From Hypanus sabinus (lineage: Eukaryota): 64,000 nucleotides of DNA. Shown here one piece after another: positions 22,765 through 37,500 of the stretch (position 1 is the first letter of the stretch; every line of letters starts with the position of its first letter). Made by a program: the position numbers and the translations under genes. The notes below the pieces were generated by a model. The model ran no database searches and was not told the DNA's origin. It saw nothing but the letters and a program-made list of their open reading frames with translations. Location: positions 53,258,001-53,322,000 of the forward strand of contig NC_082722.1 in NCBI RefSeq assembly GCF_030144855.1. The letters are read 5' to 3'.

Positions 22765-25700
22765 GAGTACAGGCCCAGAGCCATCAAATGCTCCTCATAT
22801 ATTATACTTGTGATCCTCCTCTGGTCCTTCTCTTCCTCTGTACATCCTTTCTTAGATATGGGGCACAATATAGTCTGATAAATGTCTTATAAAGCCTCAG
22901 CATTACATCCTTGCTTTTATATTCTAGTCCTCTCAAAATGAATGCTAACATGCCTTCCTTACTGCGACTCAACCTGCAAGTTAACCTTTAGGGAATACTG
23001 CCCTAGGACTTCCAAACCCCTTTGCTCCTTGATTTCTGAATTTACACCCCATTTAAAAAAGTCTAAGCCTTTATTCCTCCTAGTAAAGAGCTTAACCATA
23101 CACTTCCCTACACTATATTCTGCCTGCCAGGTTTTTGCCCATTCCCTAATCTGTTCAAGTCTTTCAGCATACTCCCTGCTTCAACCTGCCCCTCCACCTA
23201 CCTTTGCATCATCTGCAAAGCTAACATTTCTGTCATCCAGAATATTAACATGTAGCGTGAAAAGTAGCAGAACTAACACCGACCTCTGTGGAACACTACT
23301 TATCAACCAGATCAGTCCCCTTTATTCCCACTCTTTGCTTTCTGTCCATGCTAGTACCTTGTTTAGCAACCTCATGTCAAAGGCCTTCTGAAAATCCAAG
23401 TAAACACCATCCACTAACCCTCCTTTGTCTGTCCTCTCTGTTACTTCCTCGAAGAATTCCAACAGATTAGTCAGAGAAGATATTTCTTTAAGGAAATCAT
23501 GCTGGTATTGGCCTATTCTATTGTGTGCCTCCAAGTACCACGAAACTTCATTCTTAATAATAGACTCTAACATCTTACCAACCATGAGGTCAGGCCAACT
23601 GATCTAAATTTCCTGTCTTTTGCCTCCCTCCCTTCTTAGTCCTCTGGAACCATTCCAGATCTAGTGATTCTTGAAAGATCACTACTGATGCTTATACAAT
23701 CTTTCAACTACGCTTTCAGAATGCTGGGGTGTAACCCATCTGATCCAGGTGATTTATCTAACCGTTTTGAATTTCTGGCATGTTACTGGAGTGTTCCACA
23801 GTGAAGGCTAATGCAAAATATTTATTCAATTCATCCACCATTTCTTTTCCAGCATCATTTTCCAGAGGTCCAATGTGCACTCTCTTTTATCCTTTCTACA
23901 GTATACCTGAAAAACTTTTGGTATTATATTTTATATTATCAGATAGCTTATCTTCATATTTCATCTTTTCTCTCATTATTGCATTTGAATGGTTTTTAAA
24001 ATCCTCCTAATCCTCTTGCTTCCACTTTTTTCTTGCCTTTTTGTATGCCTTTCTTCTGCTTTTATACTGTATTTGATTTCCTTTGATAGTCATGGTTGCC
24101 TCAACCACCCTTCAGAATGCTTCTTCTTTGGGATGAACTGATCCTGTCTTCTAAATTACTTCCAGAAACCCCAGCCACTGCTTCTCTACCATCATACCTG
24201 TTGGCATCCTCTTCCAATCAATTTTGACCAGCTCTTCTCTCATACCTCTGTAGTTAACTTTACTCAATACTGATACATCCGATTTTAGCTCTCCATCTGA
24301 AATTACATGGTGAATCCTATATTAAGATCATTACTCCTAAGGGTTCCTTACACATATGGTTCACTGCACAACACAAAATCCAGAAATGCTTTTCTCTGGT
24401 GGGATTAACCACAAGTTGCTCTAAAAAAAGTCACACTGTAGGCTTTCTACAAATGTCTATTCTTGGGTTTCTGTACCTACACGATTTACCCAATCTACCT
24501 GAATATTGAAATTACCTATCCCCTTTTTACATGCCTTTTCTCTCTCCCATTGTAATTTGTACCCCACATTCAGGCTACAGTTTGGAGGCTTGTATATAAA
24601 TTCCATCTGGGTCTTTTTACCCTTGCAGTTTCTTAACTACCCACATGGTTTCTGCATCTTCTGAGCCCATATCACTTTAAGGATTTGATTTCATTTATTT
24701 TTACTAACCCTTCCGTCTACCTACCTATCCTTTTTAAAAGATGTGTTTTCTTGAATGTTAAGCTTCCAGCTGTGATCTTCATGACTCTGTGGTGCTCAGA
24801 AACCATACCCACCAACCTCTAATTGTGCTACAAGATCCACATTTAATATATCGTGTACATTCAAATACAACACCTTCAGTCCTGTATTCACCACCGTTCT
24901 TCTTAATTTTGTCTCCCTGGTGCCTCAAGTTAAATTCTTCTCTCTCAACTTTGTCATATTTCTTATTCTGAAGACTTCAGTAACCTCACCTGCCCTTTTA
25001 CTTTATCCATACTTCTCCGAGCTGTTGAACCCACCCCATTTCCTCCTGTCTCAATATTTAAAGCCCTAGTTATGCCATCCTCCAGGATCCTGGTCCCAGC
25101 ATGGTTCAGCCAGACTGCTTCCCATTGAAACAGCTCCCTCCTTTCTCAATACTGGTGCCAATGTCCCACAAATTCAAACCCACCTCTCCCACACCGATCT
25201 TTTGAGCTAAACATTTCACCCTCTGATCTTATTAACCCTGTACCAATTTGTACACGGCTCAGGTAACAATCCAGAGATTATTACCTTTTTCTTTCTGTTT
25301 TTAAACTTAGTCCTTAGCTGCTCAAATTCCCTCAACAGAACTTTTTTCCTTGTTCTTCCTGTATCATTGGTACCCACATGGTTGACAACTGGATCTTTTC
25401 AGTCCCATTCCAAATTCCTCAGCAGCTCAGATGAGATGTCCTGAACCTGGAGCATCAGGCAGGCAACACAGCCTTTGAGACACTCAACTCTTGTGACAGA
25501 GAATTCTGTCTAATCCCCTGACAATGCTATCCCAAATTTCTCTTCTCTCTTTCTCCCCCTCTTGTATGGCTCTGAACCACAATGCAATTGGTCACCATTG
25601 GTACAGCTCCTACTCTCATCCTCACAGGAAGCAAGAATCTCAGACCTGTTAGAAAAGCTCAAGGGCTGAGACTCCTCCAGCACCACCTCTTGGATACCCA

Positions 25701-25910
25701 TACCTGCCCAACTCGTAGTCACACCCTAGTGTCCCCGATCACAGACTGAATCAGAAGTAGTTAATCTAAGGAGTATGACTGCCTCCTGAAAGAGTGTACA
25801 GATAACTCCCCCCACCCCCCAGCCGGTGCTCAGGTTCTAGGTCATCAGCTTTGAGCCCGGGTTCATCGAGTAACCAAAACATGCTGAAGGTGGGGTCACC
25901 AGGAACCACA
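22765..25910 (-). mobile_element. Long decayed CR1 LINE (ORF1/ORF2 remnants)
   Basis: VGKMLESIIK...LTNLLEFFEEVT..DKG..VD.VYLDFQKAFD; many stops and deletions. Confidence 0.8.
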
Positions 25911-28289
25911 TATATAACAAATATATTATAATAAATATATTTTTATATATAAAAAAAATCTCACCTGTTCTTATCTGGTACTCACCTGTGCCTCCTCACC
26001 AGAGCCTCAAATTCCCACTCCTACAATGACCCACTCCCAGACTGGTCACTTCAAAAGGAACTTTAACACAACCTTTCCTGAAATCTGAAACTAGAAGCCA
26101 GACGGTAGGTGTTGACCAAAGCACATGTAGGGTAATGCCACTGTCCAAACTGAATATAGTTCGAGTTGTAATTCTGCACAAGTGTTCAAATGGACTGGAA
26201 AATATGCACTCTTAAATACAACTAACTGAACAATTACAACCATCGGCAGCTTTTTAAACTTTTATTTAGTAATGTTTAAACATATAATCAACAGAATAAT
26301 GTACACCATCTACACTTTCTTGTCAAGTTTGACACTAATAAGGCCTTCAAAGCTTCATTTGTCAAGAATAATCAGAATATACTGTAGGAAATCAAATTAA
26401 TCAATGTATTACAAGGAGAAATCACGCGTAGTCTTATTAAAAGAACTTTTATAATAATTCATTGTTTATTCTCTATTCAGCACTTCCACTCAACAGTAGA
26501 TGTTAAACAAATGAACCTGCCACCTGACTGTTGGTTAGCTACTCAATGTTTGAAGGCTATTTTACAACCTTGTACACATCAATCATTGATGCATGCATGC
26601 ACAAATTAACTCTGGAAAATCAGAGTTCATTAATATTTTTGCTTCATCCATTCTATTGGCAGTTATAAGAGACCATTCCAGTTGGAAAGAAAATATACAA
26701 GTTAAACAGTCATCATTTCAAACTGGTATGAAGGATGAGTATGTTGCCTGAGAAGAATTTCAATGACTTGATGAACAAAATATGCATGACTGTGCAGGAA
26801 GTAGAAAATTTGGGACACAAATTGACAGGTCAAACTTGGAACAATTATCAGTTTATACACAGAGACCATCTCAGCCCACATCATTTATTGGATTTTGCTG
26901 TAGTGACCCATTCCAATCATCAATTAGTGGAATTACTGAGAAGTACAGGAGAAAGAAAAAGAGTCTGGGGGTCCAACAGTCACTCTTAAGCTTCTAGAAG
27001 GTAATGCATTTTCTTCACCTTATCTTCAGTAATCTTGCTGCATTGCATATTTCTCAATGAAAAAAACAGGCATAGGACAGTGAACTCCCAGTAAGTGTCA
27101 CCGCTGCCAAAGACAAGTTGCTAATAATGAGTTACTTCACCAAAGATTACCCCACTAAGATTGAGAAACTGATTGTAAAACTGAATGAATATTACATTCT
27201 TAGACAAGCCTAGCTGGGGCAGAGGGATAAACCGCTGTAATCTTTCCAGATTTTTTAGCATTGGGTGGCCTCAACAGAAATGTAGTCCACCTTCAGAGCA
27301 TTAAGTGATGAAGTAATATACATTTTAAGGAATTAACTGATAAGTAAAACAATGACTTGATGGTTTTGTACATTTATTCTATATAGTAGCATAAAAAGAG
27401 AATGGCATTTGAATAACTGTTGATAGGTCAGTTATTAGACTTCAGTACTCCACTCAAAATTAGTACATACTCCTGCAGTAAAAGTTTTCTCAGACCAAGG
27501 ACGATTTAAAGTGACCAAAAAAATATAATCTGTGCAATGTGAATCAGAAAATATATTAGATTTTATTGATTAAGGAAGCTTTATTATGTTCAGAAATGCA
27601 CTTACTGTTTGTTAAGAATTACTTCATGGACATAAAGTATGATTATTTCAAATGCTGAAAATCCCAAATTCAATTTTTAAAAGGCTGAGATAAAACAAGT
27701 GAAAGAACATTTATAATGGATTAAGTTCAAGATAGACTAAATTATACAAGGATTACCCACCCATAAATAGAAACCACATTGTTGGGTTTTTTTTGGAGCA
27801 CACAAGATACTGCATAAATAACTACATGAAAAGTATTTACAATATTACCAAATGGTACTGACAACTCATTTTGTCAGGATAAGCATTTTGCTTTCTCCAA
27901 CGCAATTTGACATGACAGGGTCAAATGTCAGCTGTCAATACGATGTACGCTGTTTTCACATGCCCTCAACAGTCCTGCTCAAGTGTATGAGAGAGAGAGA
28001 AGCATTCAACCAAGTATAGAAGATGTGAAGCCACAGCCAAAACTGGATTTAAACCATTGCACTCCATTTAGTTTAATAACTCCCCCATAAATACAAACAT
28101 CATCCGATAGAATAATATCTGAAAGCAGTATTGCATCAACTCAAAAAAAGCCAAAAATGTTTTCAAGGAGTGTTAATATTCCAGCATACACAGCATCTGG
28201 TTCCATTATAAAGCTTTCAGGTTCTAGCAGAGAAACATTGGTGAATTTAGAATTAATCTGAAAAGTAAATAATATAATCATCAATACAG

Positions 28290-28504
28290 TTAGGTTTTTT
28301 TCTTCAAGTCCTCAAATCTACGAGAGAGATCATCAAAATCAATGTCTTCTGAAGCTGTAGAGGTGCCACCCACAGATGTTGCAGGTAAGGTGTCCGGCAC
28401 AGAGGGCAACTCTGGTAGTGTTGAGTTATCAAAAATAAAGTCGCTTGGGCCAGGAGCAGCAGGTCCGTGCATCTTCCGAGGTGCAGCAACTGGTGCTGAA
28501 GGAC
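28290..28504 (-). CDS. IST1: IST1 last coding exon (MIM2 and MIM1)
   Basis: ...LPELPSVPDTLP...EDIDFDDLSRRFEDLKKKT, stop TAA 28292-28290. Confidence 0.97.
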
Positions 28505-31500
28505 CTAAACAATGGTGACAAAAATATGTAGAATGTAACTTCACCTCTGCTGATGTTAATCACAGAAACATTTCTATTTCAAAAACTATAAAGACAAATA
28601 TATCTATTGCTTACCAGGAAGCTTGGAAGAAGGCAAATGAGTGTCAGCACTGTTAGCATCACCAATCTATTAAACAAAATCAATTATCACTAATTTTGTC
28701 AAGTCAAATTTTAACAGCATTAAAATCACTGCCAATTGCATGCTGTGAGGTAGGCAACAGGGAAGCACATGCCTAGCTAGCAGCTGTGATCTGCATCAGT
28801 ACGTCTGGAATGAGAAATTAATTTTAACATGACATGCTTTGAGTCTTACTCGAGTGCTCATATTAAGTGGCTGGTGATATTTTAAGCCAAGTTACGTATG
28901 ATTTTGTTGACAGAAGCACAGATCCAAATCACCTGTTAAATATTTTCTAATCTACCATCCGAAGAAATTAGTCCATAATATTTCACCTTGAATTAATGGT
29001 TCTACAGATGGTAGCGGAATCTACATAAAATGCAAGTTGCAAGCCTTGCACACTTCGTAGTTGCAGATGATTGAAGTTCCAACTTCAACAATCATCTTAA
29101 GTTTCATCTTCTATTTTAACCTTCAAACAGCATCCCAAAGCCTACATTCTTTAAGAACACATCTCCTCAGACTCTAGCTCATGCACACCTCAGCGTTTCT
29201 CATCTACCATCTCATCAGCGAAAGGCCAAGACAGAAGCCAGTGTTCACTGACACAATCCTTCAACTTAAGAAATAGAAAAGGACAGAACCATATCTTTAA
29301 AAAAATGAAGAAGCATCAACAAACTTGATTAGGCAAAGGGATTTGGGTCTATGAACAGATTGACTAATCATGGTTTGCAATGTTTTTGAATGTATCCAAC
29401 TGCTAGAAAAAAAAATCTATTATTTTGGACAGCCTGTTAAACCAAAACCCAGCATGCAAATACAATTCCATTATAATTAGAGGCAAATTTATCCAAGCAA
29501 TTCACATTGATAGATCTACACAATGAAAGCAAGGACCAAAGTCCTTGGATTGCTGCTGTAACTAAAATACAGACACCATGTTCTCTGTTCAAGCAACTTC
29601 AATAACATTCAAAATTCTCCTCAAAGTTAACAAAACAAATGTATTTGCTCTTAATATAAATTGCTCTAGGCATGGTTCTTGTCCAATGAGTTCCAGTGCT
29701 GATTTTTCAATATTGTTGTACTCTCCACCCATCTACCAATTCCAAATAAAATAATTAACCTTTAACCAAATATCTTTTAATGGCAACAAAAGCCTTGTAA
29801 AATCCTCCTTCTGACCTAGCAAAGCCTCAAAACAATAGCTTTCAACCAAACTTTCACTTACTTCCCTAATACATTTTAACAGGTTTTCCCACATTACTGG
29901 CAAGATGTCAAAATCATTAACAAAATTAGCAAATTCCAGGCAACATATGGAATTACGAAGGGTCATTAAACATCCAGTCAACATTTTCCTTCTAACTTCA
30001 TTTATAAATACAGTGGAATCCGGCTAACTGGGACACATTGGGATCAGTACAATTTTCCCAATTCAGTGGCTGTCTCAATTAGCCAATTTCATGGAAATAG
30101 ATAAAAAAGGTATAAAAGAGACAAAATGAGTAACAAATTATATATTTAAATGAAACACTACCAATAGTTCTACAGTACTATAAAACGGCACATTAGTTTG
30201 ATAGCTACTGACAGAGGAATTCACCCAATGTGCACAATGAACAATATCAGCACAGGCACAATAGACATTAGACAATAGGTGCAGGAGTAGGCCATTCGGC
30301 CCTTCGAGCCAGCGCCACCATTCAATGTGATCATGGCTGATCATCCACAATCAGTACCCCGTTCCTGCCTTCTCCCCATATCCCTTGACTCCATTATCTT
30401 TAAGAGCTCCATCTAACTCTTTCTTGAAAGCATCCAGAGAATTGGCCTCCACTGCCTTCTGAGGCAGAGCATTCCATAAATCCACAACTCCCTGGGTGAA
30501 AAACTTTTTCCTGAACTCCATTCTAAATGGCCTACCCCTTATTCTTAAACTGTGGCCTCTGGCTCTGGACTTTGCCAACATCGGGAACATGTTTCCTGCC
30601 CCTAGCGTGTCCAATCCCTTAATAATCTTATATGTTTCAATCAGATCCCCTCTCATGCTTCTAAATTCCAGTGTATACAAGCCCAGTTGCACCAATCTTT
30701 CAACATATGACAGTCCCGCCATTCCGGAAATTAACCTCGTGAACCTATGCTGCACTCCATCAATAGCAAAAATGTCCTTCCTCAAATTTGGAGGCAAAAA
30801 CGGAACACAATACTCCAGGTGTAGTCTCACCAGGGCCCTGTACAACTGCAGAAGGACCTCTTTGCTCCTATACTTAACTCCCCTTGTTATGAAGGCCAAC
30901 GTGCCATTAGCTTTCTTCACTGCCTGCTGTACCTGCATGCTACTTTCAGTGACTGATGAACAAGGACACATAGATCTCATTGTACTTCCCCTTTTCCTAA
31001 CTTGACACCATTCAGATAGTAATCTGGCCTCCTGTTCTTGCCACCAAAGTGGGTAACCTCACATTTATCTACATTAAACTGTATCTGCCATGCATCTGCC
31101 CACTCATCCAACCTGTCCACGTCACCCTGCTTTCTCCTAACATCCTCCTCACATTTCACACTGCCACCCAGCTTTGTGTCATTTGCAAATTTGCTAATGT
31201 TACTTTTAATCTCTTCATCTAAATCATTAATGTATATTGTAAATAGCTGCGGTCCCAGCACTGAGCCTTGCAGCACCCCACTAGTCACTGCCTGCCATTC
31301 TGAAAAAGACCCGTTAATCCCTACTCTTTGTTTCCTGCCTGCCAATCAATTTTCTATCCATGTTAGTACCCTACCCCCAATACCATGTGCTCTAATTTTG
31401 CCCACTAATCTCCTATGTGGGGCCTTATCAAAGGTTTTCTGAAAGTCCAGGTACACTACATCCACTGGCTCTCCCTTGTCCATTTTCATAGTTACATCCT

Positions 31501-34500
31501 CAAAAAATTCCAGAAGATTAGTCAATAATGACTTCCCCTTCATAAATCCACACTGACTCGGACCGATCCTGTACTGCTCTCCAAATGTGCCGCTATTACA
31601 TCTTTTTATAATTGACTCCAGCATCTTCCCCACCACCTAGTGAAGATAATGGACTGCCTTCATACAATGCTATTGATGATTGTATCCTACAAATCTTCAT
31701 TTCATTGTAACATTCAAGATGATTGTTACTGCCTTCAAATTCTTCATAGTTCTTAATTTGTTGAAGTACTGAAATTGTTTCATTTTCAATCCTGGCCATT
31801 TCTGGCATCTCCAAGCCTGAATGCTTGAAACCAAAGTGAGCAAAATAGTTCCAAATTGCCTTATTGCTTACTTCTTGCCAACTAGTGACAAAAGTCACTT
31901 TTTTTTTAAAAAACACAAGTGAGTGAGACCAATGCTAGTTAAAACCTGTTTGGCAAGACTCCTGCCCCAAGTAAGTGGCATTGTGTCTAGAGTGCCCCAA
32001 ATAAATGAAGGGAACCCAGCAACTTTCTTGAATAGTTTGGCTCTTTAAAAGTTGTCCCAAATAAACGACTGCCTTGATTAACTAATGGCCCAGTTAACCA
32101 GAATCCACTGTATATGAAATTGCTATGATTCAAAAGACAATTCACGTGACAGCAAATTTAAAAAAAAAACTGCCTCACTGAATTCTTCTGCAGTCTTTGC
32201 TGTCCCAGACTTCAGCACCTGCGGCATCTTAAGCTCTATGGTACACAACAGTGCCCACACACCAAGCCTCCTCCAATCTCCTCCTAGACAGCTGTTTTGC
32301 CTTCATATTCTATCCTCCTGCCAAATTATTTGGTGGGAGGCCAGAACTGAGAGTATTCTACCAATCTCCAAAGCATGCTAATGCAGAAAGCTGACTCATG
32401 TCACCATTTACCTACTTCAGTGCTAAGTAACTGTACTTTTTGAATGTTGATGTTAAGAACAGTAAAAATATGAATGTAGCCATATAGATTCCTAAGTTTC
32501 ACTAGTAAAACAATTTACTTCTGTATAAACATAAGCTTACAGAAAACCTAGAAGTCAAATATTACCAAGAAAACAAAGCTCCAAGATTTTCTTAAATCAT
32601 TCAAATCAGAAATTTCTATGAATAAAGTACCATTGTTTCTAAGCATTCTGAATGCACAGACATCTCCACGAAATAAATTTATAAATATTACTTTTGATTT
32701 ATACATGAGGAAATCACCACTTTGAGGCAAAAAAGCAAGCCAGTCTGAGTGGTAAAATGATTCGCAATTTTCAGTTATGTGTATAGGTAAATAATCTAAT
32801 TTGAAGTACTAGAGAGGCCACTTGCAAACAAATTGTCAGAAATTGAGCGCGGACATGAAGTCATGCTGACAAGCATTTTAAGTTTCTCTTAAGCACAACA
32901 GAAAGGGTAATAACGCCGTAACATCATGCAAGGTTAATAGTTCAAACATCATGTATGACAGGCAATGGTTATTAAAAGGGTTAATGCGTGACTGAAAGCA
33001 CAGGCACAATTGAAACATCTTTCCTGAATATCCACTCTTCCTATTGTCCGCACTGGAGTCTATCCTTGCCAAAGAACCTCAGCAACTTACAGTTTCATAT
33101 GTTGGTGGCTGTGTTGGAATTGGAGGTGGATTGCCTCCAAAGTTTGTTGGCTGGAAGTTGTTGAATGGCTGATAAGTGTCTACTGGAAGACCATTAAAAT
33201 TATCCTAGGAGAAACAAAAAGAGAGGATTCACCCAAATGCTAAGCATCTACTGCTAACCTGTTAGACCAACATTTAATGTATCGATCAAGTCAAACAGGA
33301 TTGCAAATGAGAAAAGCAGTAACCAGAACTAGGCGATCTCACAGCCAATGGAGTTCTCTAACATCCAGTCAGTAATAAGGTGCAAGCAACTAAACAAATG
33401 AGAGAAAGAAGAGATGCCAAGAAAATTTGCATTTGGAACTGCAGCACAGCTCAAAAGGAGCACTAAAGAAAAAGAACAGAGACCAGAGTAGGATGTGCTC
33501 AGGATCATTCAGGAGGCCGAAGATACTAGAGATGAGACTTTGAAGATGTGGTCACGCCCAGAATACAGGCTTTGGACAGTAGGTGGATAACTACCAAGAG
33601 ATCGGTGCAGGGTGCACCCGAGGCCACTCCCCTCAGCAACATGTATACCCGTTGGGATACTGCTGGGGGGGGGGGGGGTGGGCAGGGAGGGGAGAATGAC
33701 CCATCAGATCATGGCAGCAGCTGCCAGGCTGGCTCTAAACCTCGAGAGGAAGGGTAAAATCAGGCAGTGCAGTAGTTACAGGGGACTCAATAGTTAGGGG
33801 ACAGAAAGGAGATTCAGGTTGGTATGTTGCCTCCCGGGTGCTAGGGTTCATGAAGTATCAGAGAAACTGAAGGATATTCTGCAGAGGGAGCGGAAACAGC
33901 CTGAGGTTGTGGTACATAAGGGGAAGTCCTTCACAGTGAGTACAGAGTTAGGAAAGTGACTGAAAAGGTCTTCCAAGGTTGTAATCTCCAGATTACTCCC
34001 TGTGCCACAGGCTAATGCAGGCAAGATGGGATGACAGCATGGATAAATGAGTGGCTGTGGAGATGGCACAGGGGACAGGGTTTCAAATTCTTGGATCATT
34101 GTAACCTGTTCCAGGGAAAGTTGCACTTGAAATGGAGGGGAACCAACCTCCTGGCCAGAAGTTTGTTAATGCGACTTGAGAGAGGGAAAAGAATGGATGA
34201 TTAATGTACCAGCTTTTCAAAGTTTTAGAAAAGATAGAGGAGGTAAAAGAGGGGCTAGAAAACTACTAATCAGGGATAATATCACAACCCCAGAGGAGAC
34301 ACAATGGAGGGGTCAGACACTGAGTCAATTTGGGTGGAACTCAGAAACAGGAAGGGTGCAACTACACTGATGGATTGTACTACATACCTCCTAATAACCA
34401 CTGGGACATTGAGGAACAGATATGTAATCAGATTAAGGAAATGTGTAAAAATAGTAGGATTCCTGTCATGGGGGATTAACTTCCCGAATATAAACTGGGA

Positions 34501-37500
34501 CTTTCTCAGTGTAAGGGGTTTAGATGGGGTTGACTTTGTTAAGTGTATCCAGGAAGGTTTCTGAAATCAATATGTGGATGGTCTAATGATAGGAGGGGCC
34601 ATATTGAACCCGATGTTGGGTAATGAACCTGGTCAGGTGACTGACCTTTCAATGGGTGAACAGTTAGGGAACAGCGGCCACAACTTCTTATTTTTCAGGA
34701 TAACTATAGATAGGGATAGGTATGGTCCTTGTGGAAGAGTTTAAAATTGGAGTAGGACAAATTATGAGGTCATTAGACAAGAACTAAGAAGCATTAATTG
34801 GGAATACCTTTTCTCTGCTAAGTTCACATCAGACATGTGGAGGGTGTTTAAAGATAATTTGCACAGAGTACAGGAAAGGTAGGTTCCTGTTAGAAGGAAG
34901 AACAGGGATGGAAAGATAAGAGAAACTTGGATGTCCAGAGAGGTGATGATCTTAGTCAAGAAGAAAAAGGATAAATAGGTATGTTAGCTTCTGAAGTCAG
35001 GATCAAATGAAGCACATGAGGAGTATAAAGAAGCCAGAAAAGAATTAAAGGAGGGAATTAGTAAAATCAGGAGAGGCCATGAAAAGTCCCTGGCAAGTCT
35101 GATTAAGGTGAATCCCTAGGCATTCTATACATACATCAAGAACAAGAGGATGACTAGGGAGAAGGGACCACTCGAGGATAAAGAGGGAACATTTGCTTGG
35201 GTACAGAGAATGTGAGTGAGGTACTTAATGAGTACTTTGCTTCAGTATGGAAAAGGATATGGAGGACCAGGAGATCAGTGCTGAGTTATAAATATGTTAG
35301 GACATTTAGGGATCAAGGAGGAAGAATCGTTGGGCCTCATAAGATTAAGGTGGACATCCCCAGAGCCTGATAGGATTTACCCCAGATTATTGACGGAGGC
35401 AAGAGAGGATATTGCTGAGCCCTTGACCAGTGTCTTCAAATCCTCTCTAGCCACAGGCACCCAGAGGACTGGCGAGTGGTTAACGTTGTACCTCTATTTA
35501 CAAAGGGAACAAAGGAAAATCCTGGGAACTATATACCACCAAATCCCACGTCAATTGTAGCGAAATTGCTGGAGAAAATTCTTAAGGCTAGGCTAGATGA
35601 GCATCTGGAAACCCATGGCTTAATTAGGGAGAGACAACGTGGTTTTGAGAGTGGCAGGTCATGCCATACCAGCTTATTTGAGTTTTTTTGACAGTGGATG
35701 CTGTCTACATGGATTTTAGTAAGTCATTTGACAAAGTCCCTCATAGGAGGCTAATCCACAGGGTTAAGATGCATGGGATCCGCAACGAATTGACTAGTTG
35801 GATTCAGAAATTGCTTGTGCATGGAAGACAGAGGGTAGTGGTTGAAGGTCAAATTATTCAGATTGGAGGCCTGGAATAAGCGGAGTTCTGTAGGGATCTG
35901 TACTGGGACCCCTGCTGTTTGTGATGTATATAAATGAACTGGATGAAAATGTAGACGGGTGGGTTAGTAAATTTGCAGATGATACCAAGATTGGTGGAGA
36001 TGATACTAAGATTGGTGGAGTTGTGGATAGTGTAGAAGACTGGCAAAGATTACAGGACAATACAGATTAGTTGCAGGTATGGGCTGAGAAGTGGCAGGTG
36101 GAGCTTATCCCAGATAAATGTGGCAGGGTAAATGCAAGGAGACAGTACACTGCTAGGGGCAAAGTCCTGAACAATGTTGCTGAGCAGGCTGCAAGTACCA
36201 CTGACCCAACAGAGGTGCCAGGCAGTGAACTACTTCAACAAGAGCAAGTCTTAAAACATATCCTTGACATTCAATGGTATTATCATCACCAAGACTCTTT
36301 TAATTAATATAGGGGATTCACTACTGATCAGGATCTTAACTGGACTAATCACAATAACATGGCCACTAGAGCAGATCACAGGCTCAGTATCCCAAGAAAA
36401 ATTCAGTTCCTCACACTCTCTTCCAACCATCAATATGACACATCCGGGGTGCCTGGATGAGTGGGCACAGCACAAACTCCTGGGAACCCTGGCACAATCA
36501 GAGTAAAGTAGTCTACTTGAAAGGCACCGCATCAGTCACACTGAACATCTGTTCCCTCTATCACCAACGTGCTGTGGCTGAGGTTATTGTGAGTAAGTAA
36601 TGATAGTGCAAAGAGAATACAGCAGAAGGTGCATAGGAAACATGTCAGACACCAATATCACTGGTCCTTTATTTTCACTGGATCCAGATCCTGGAACCAG
36701 CTCTGTAATAGCACATCTTCACTGGAATAACTGCAGAAGTTCCAGGAGGCAGCTCACCACCACACCAAAAAAGGAATAGGCAATAACTATTATTGGCCTG
36801 GCCTCACCTCAAACTCAGAAATCAATGAAATAACAAGACTTTAATAATTCAACACTGTATACTTCAAAACTAGCTTGGTAAGGGAATTACCTTTCCAGAA
36901 AAATGTGCCTCTTCAATTTTCATCAATCCTGTGCCAAAACTGTAGCTCAGAATTTTAAAAAGGCATAAAAATTGCAAGATATGCTTGATAAATATTTTTG
37001 ATATGCATTTCGGATACTTTCAGCAAATTTAAATTGGATTAAGCTCATTTAAAATTATTACTCTACGTGCCTGATTACCTTGCAGTTTTTTTTTTGCAAG
37101 AACTGTGGCATCCAATTTAATTAGAAATTAGACCCAATTTAATTAATTTCTTGGCAACATACACAAAATGCTGAAGGAACTCAGCAGGCCAGACAACATC
37201 TATGGAAAAAGAGTAAAATGTTAACATTTCGGGCAGAGACCTTTCATCGGGACTGGGGGAAAAAAAGATAAGAAGTCAGAGTAAGAAGGTGGGGGAGGGG
37301 GAGGAAGAAGTACAAGGTGGCAGATGATAAGTGAAACCGGAAGAGGGGAAGGGGTGAAGTAAAGAGCTGGGAAGTTGATTGGTGAAAGAGATAAATGCTA
37401 GAAAAGAGTGAATCTGATAGGAGAGGGTAGAAAACCATGGAAGAAAGGGATGGGGGTGAGCACTGGAGGGAGGTGTTGGGCAAGAGCTATGGAGGAAAAC

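Noticed and set aside
30351-31636. Long ORFs resembling a host gene
   Set aside because: Frameshifted CR1 ORF2 and its antisense shadow ORFs
32400-33060. Possible poison exon or conserved element in an IST1 intron (one UGCAUG; GAA|gtaggt donor)
   Set aside because: Weak acceptor, and conservation cannot be judged without alignments
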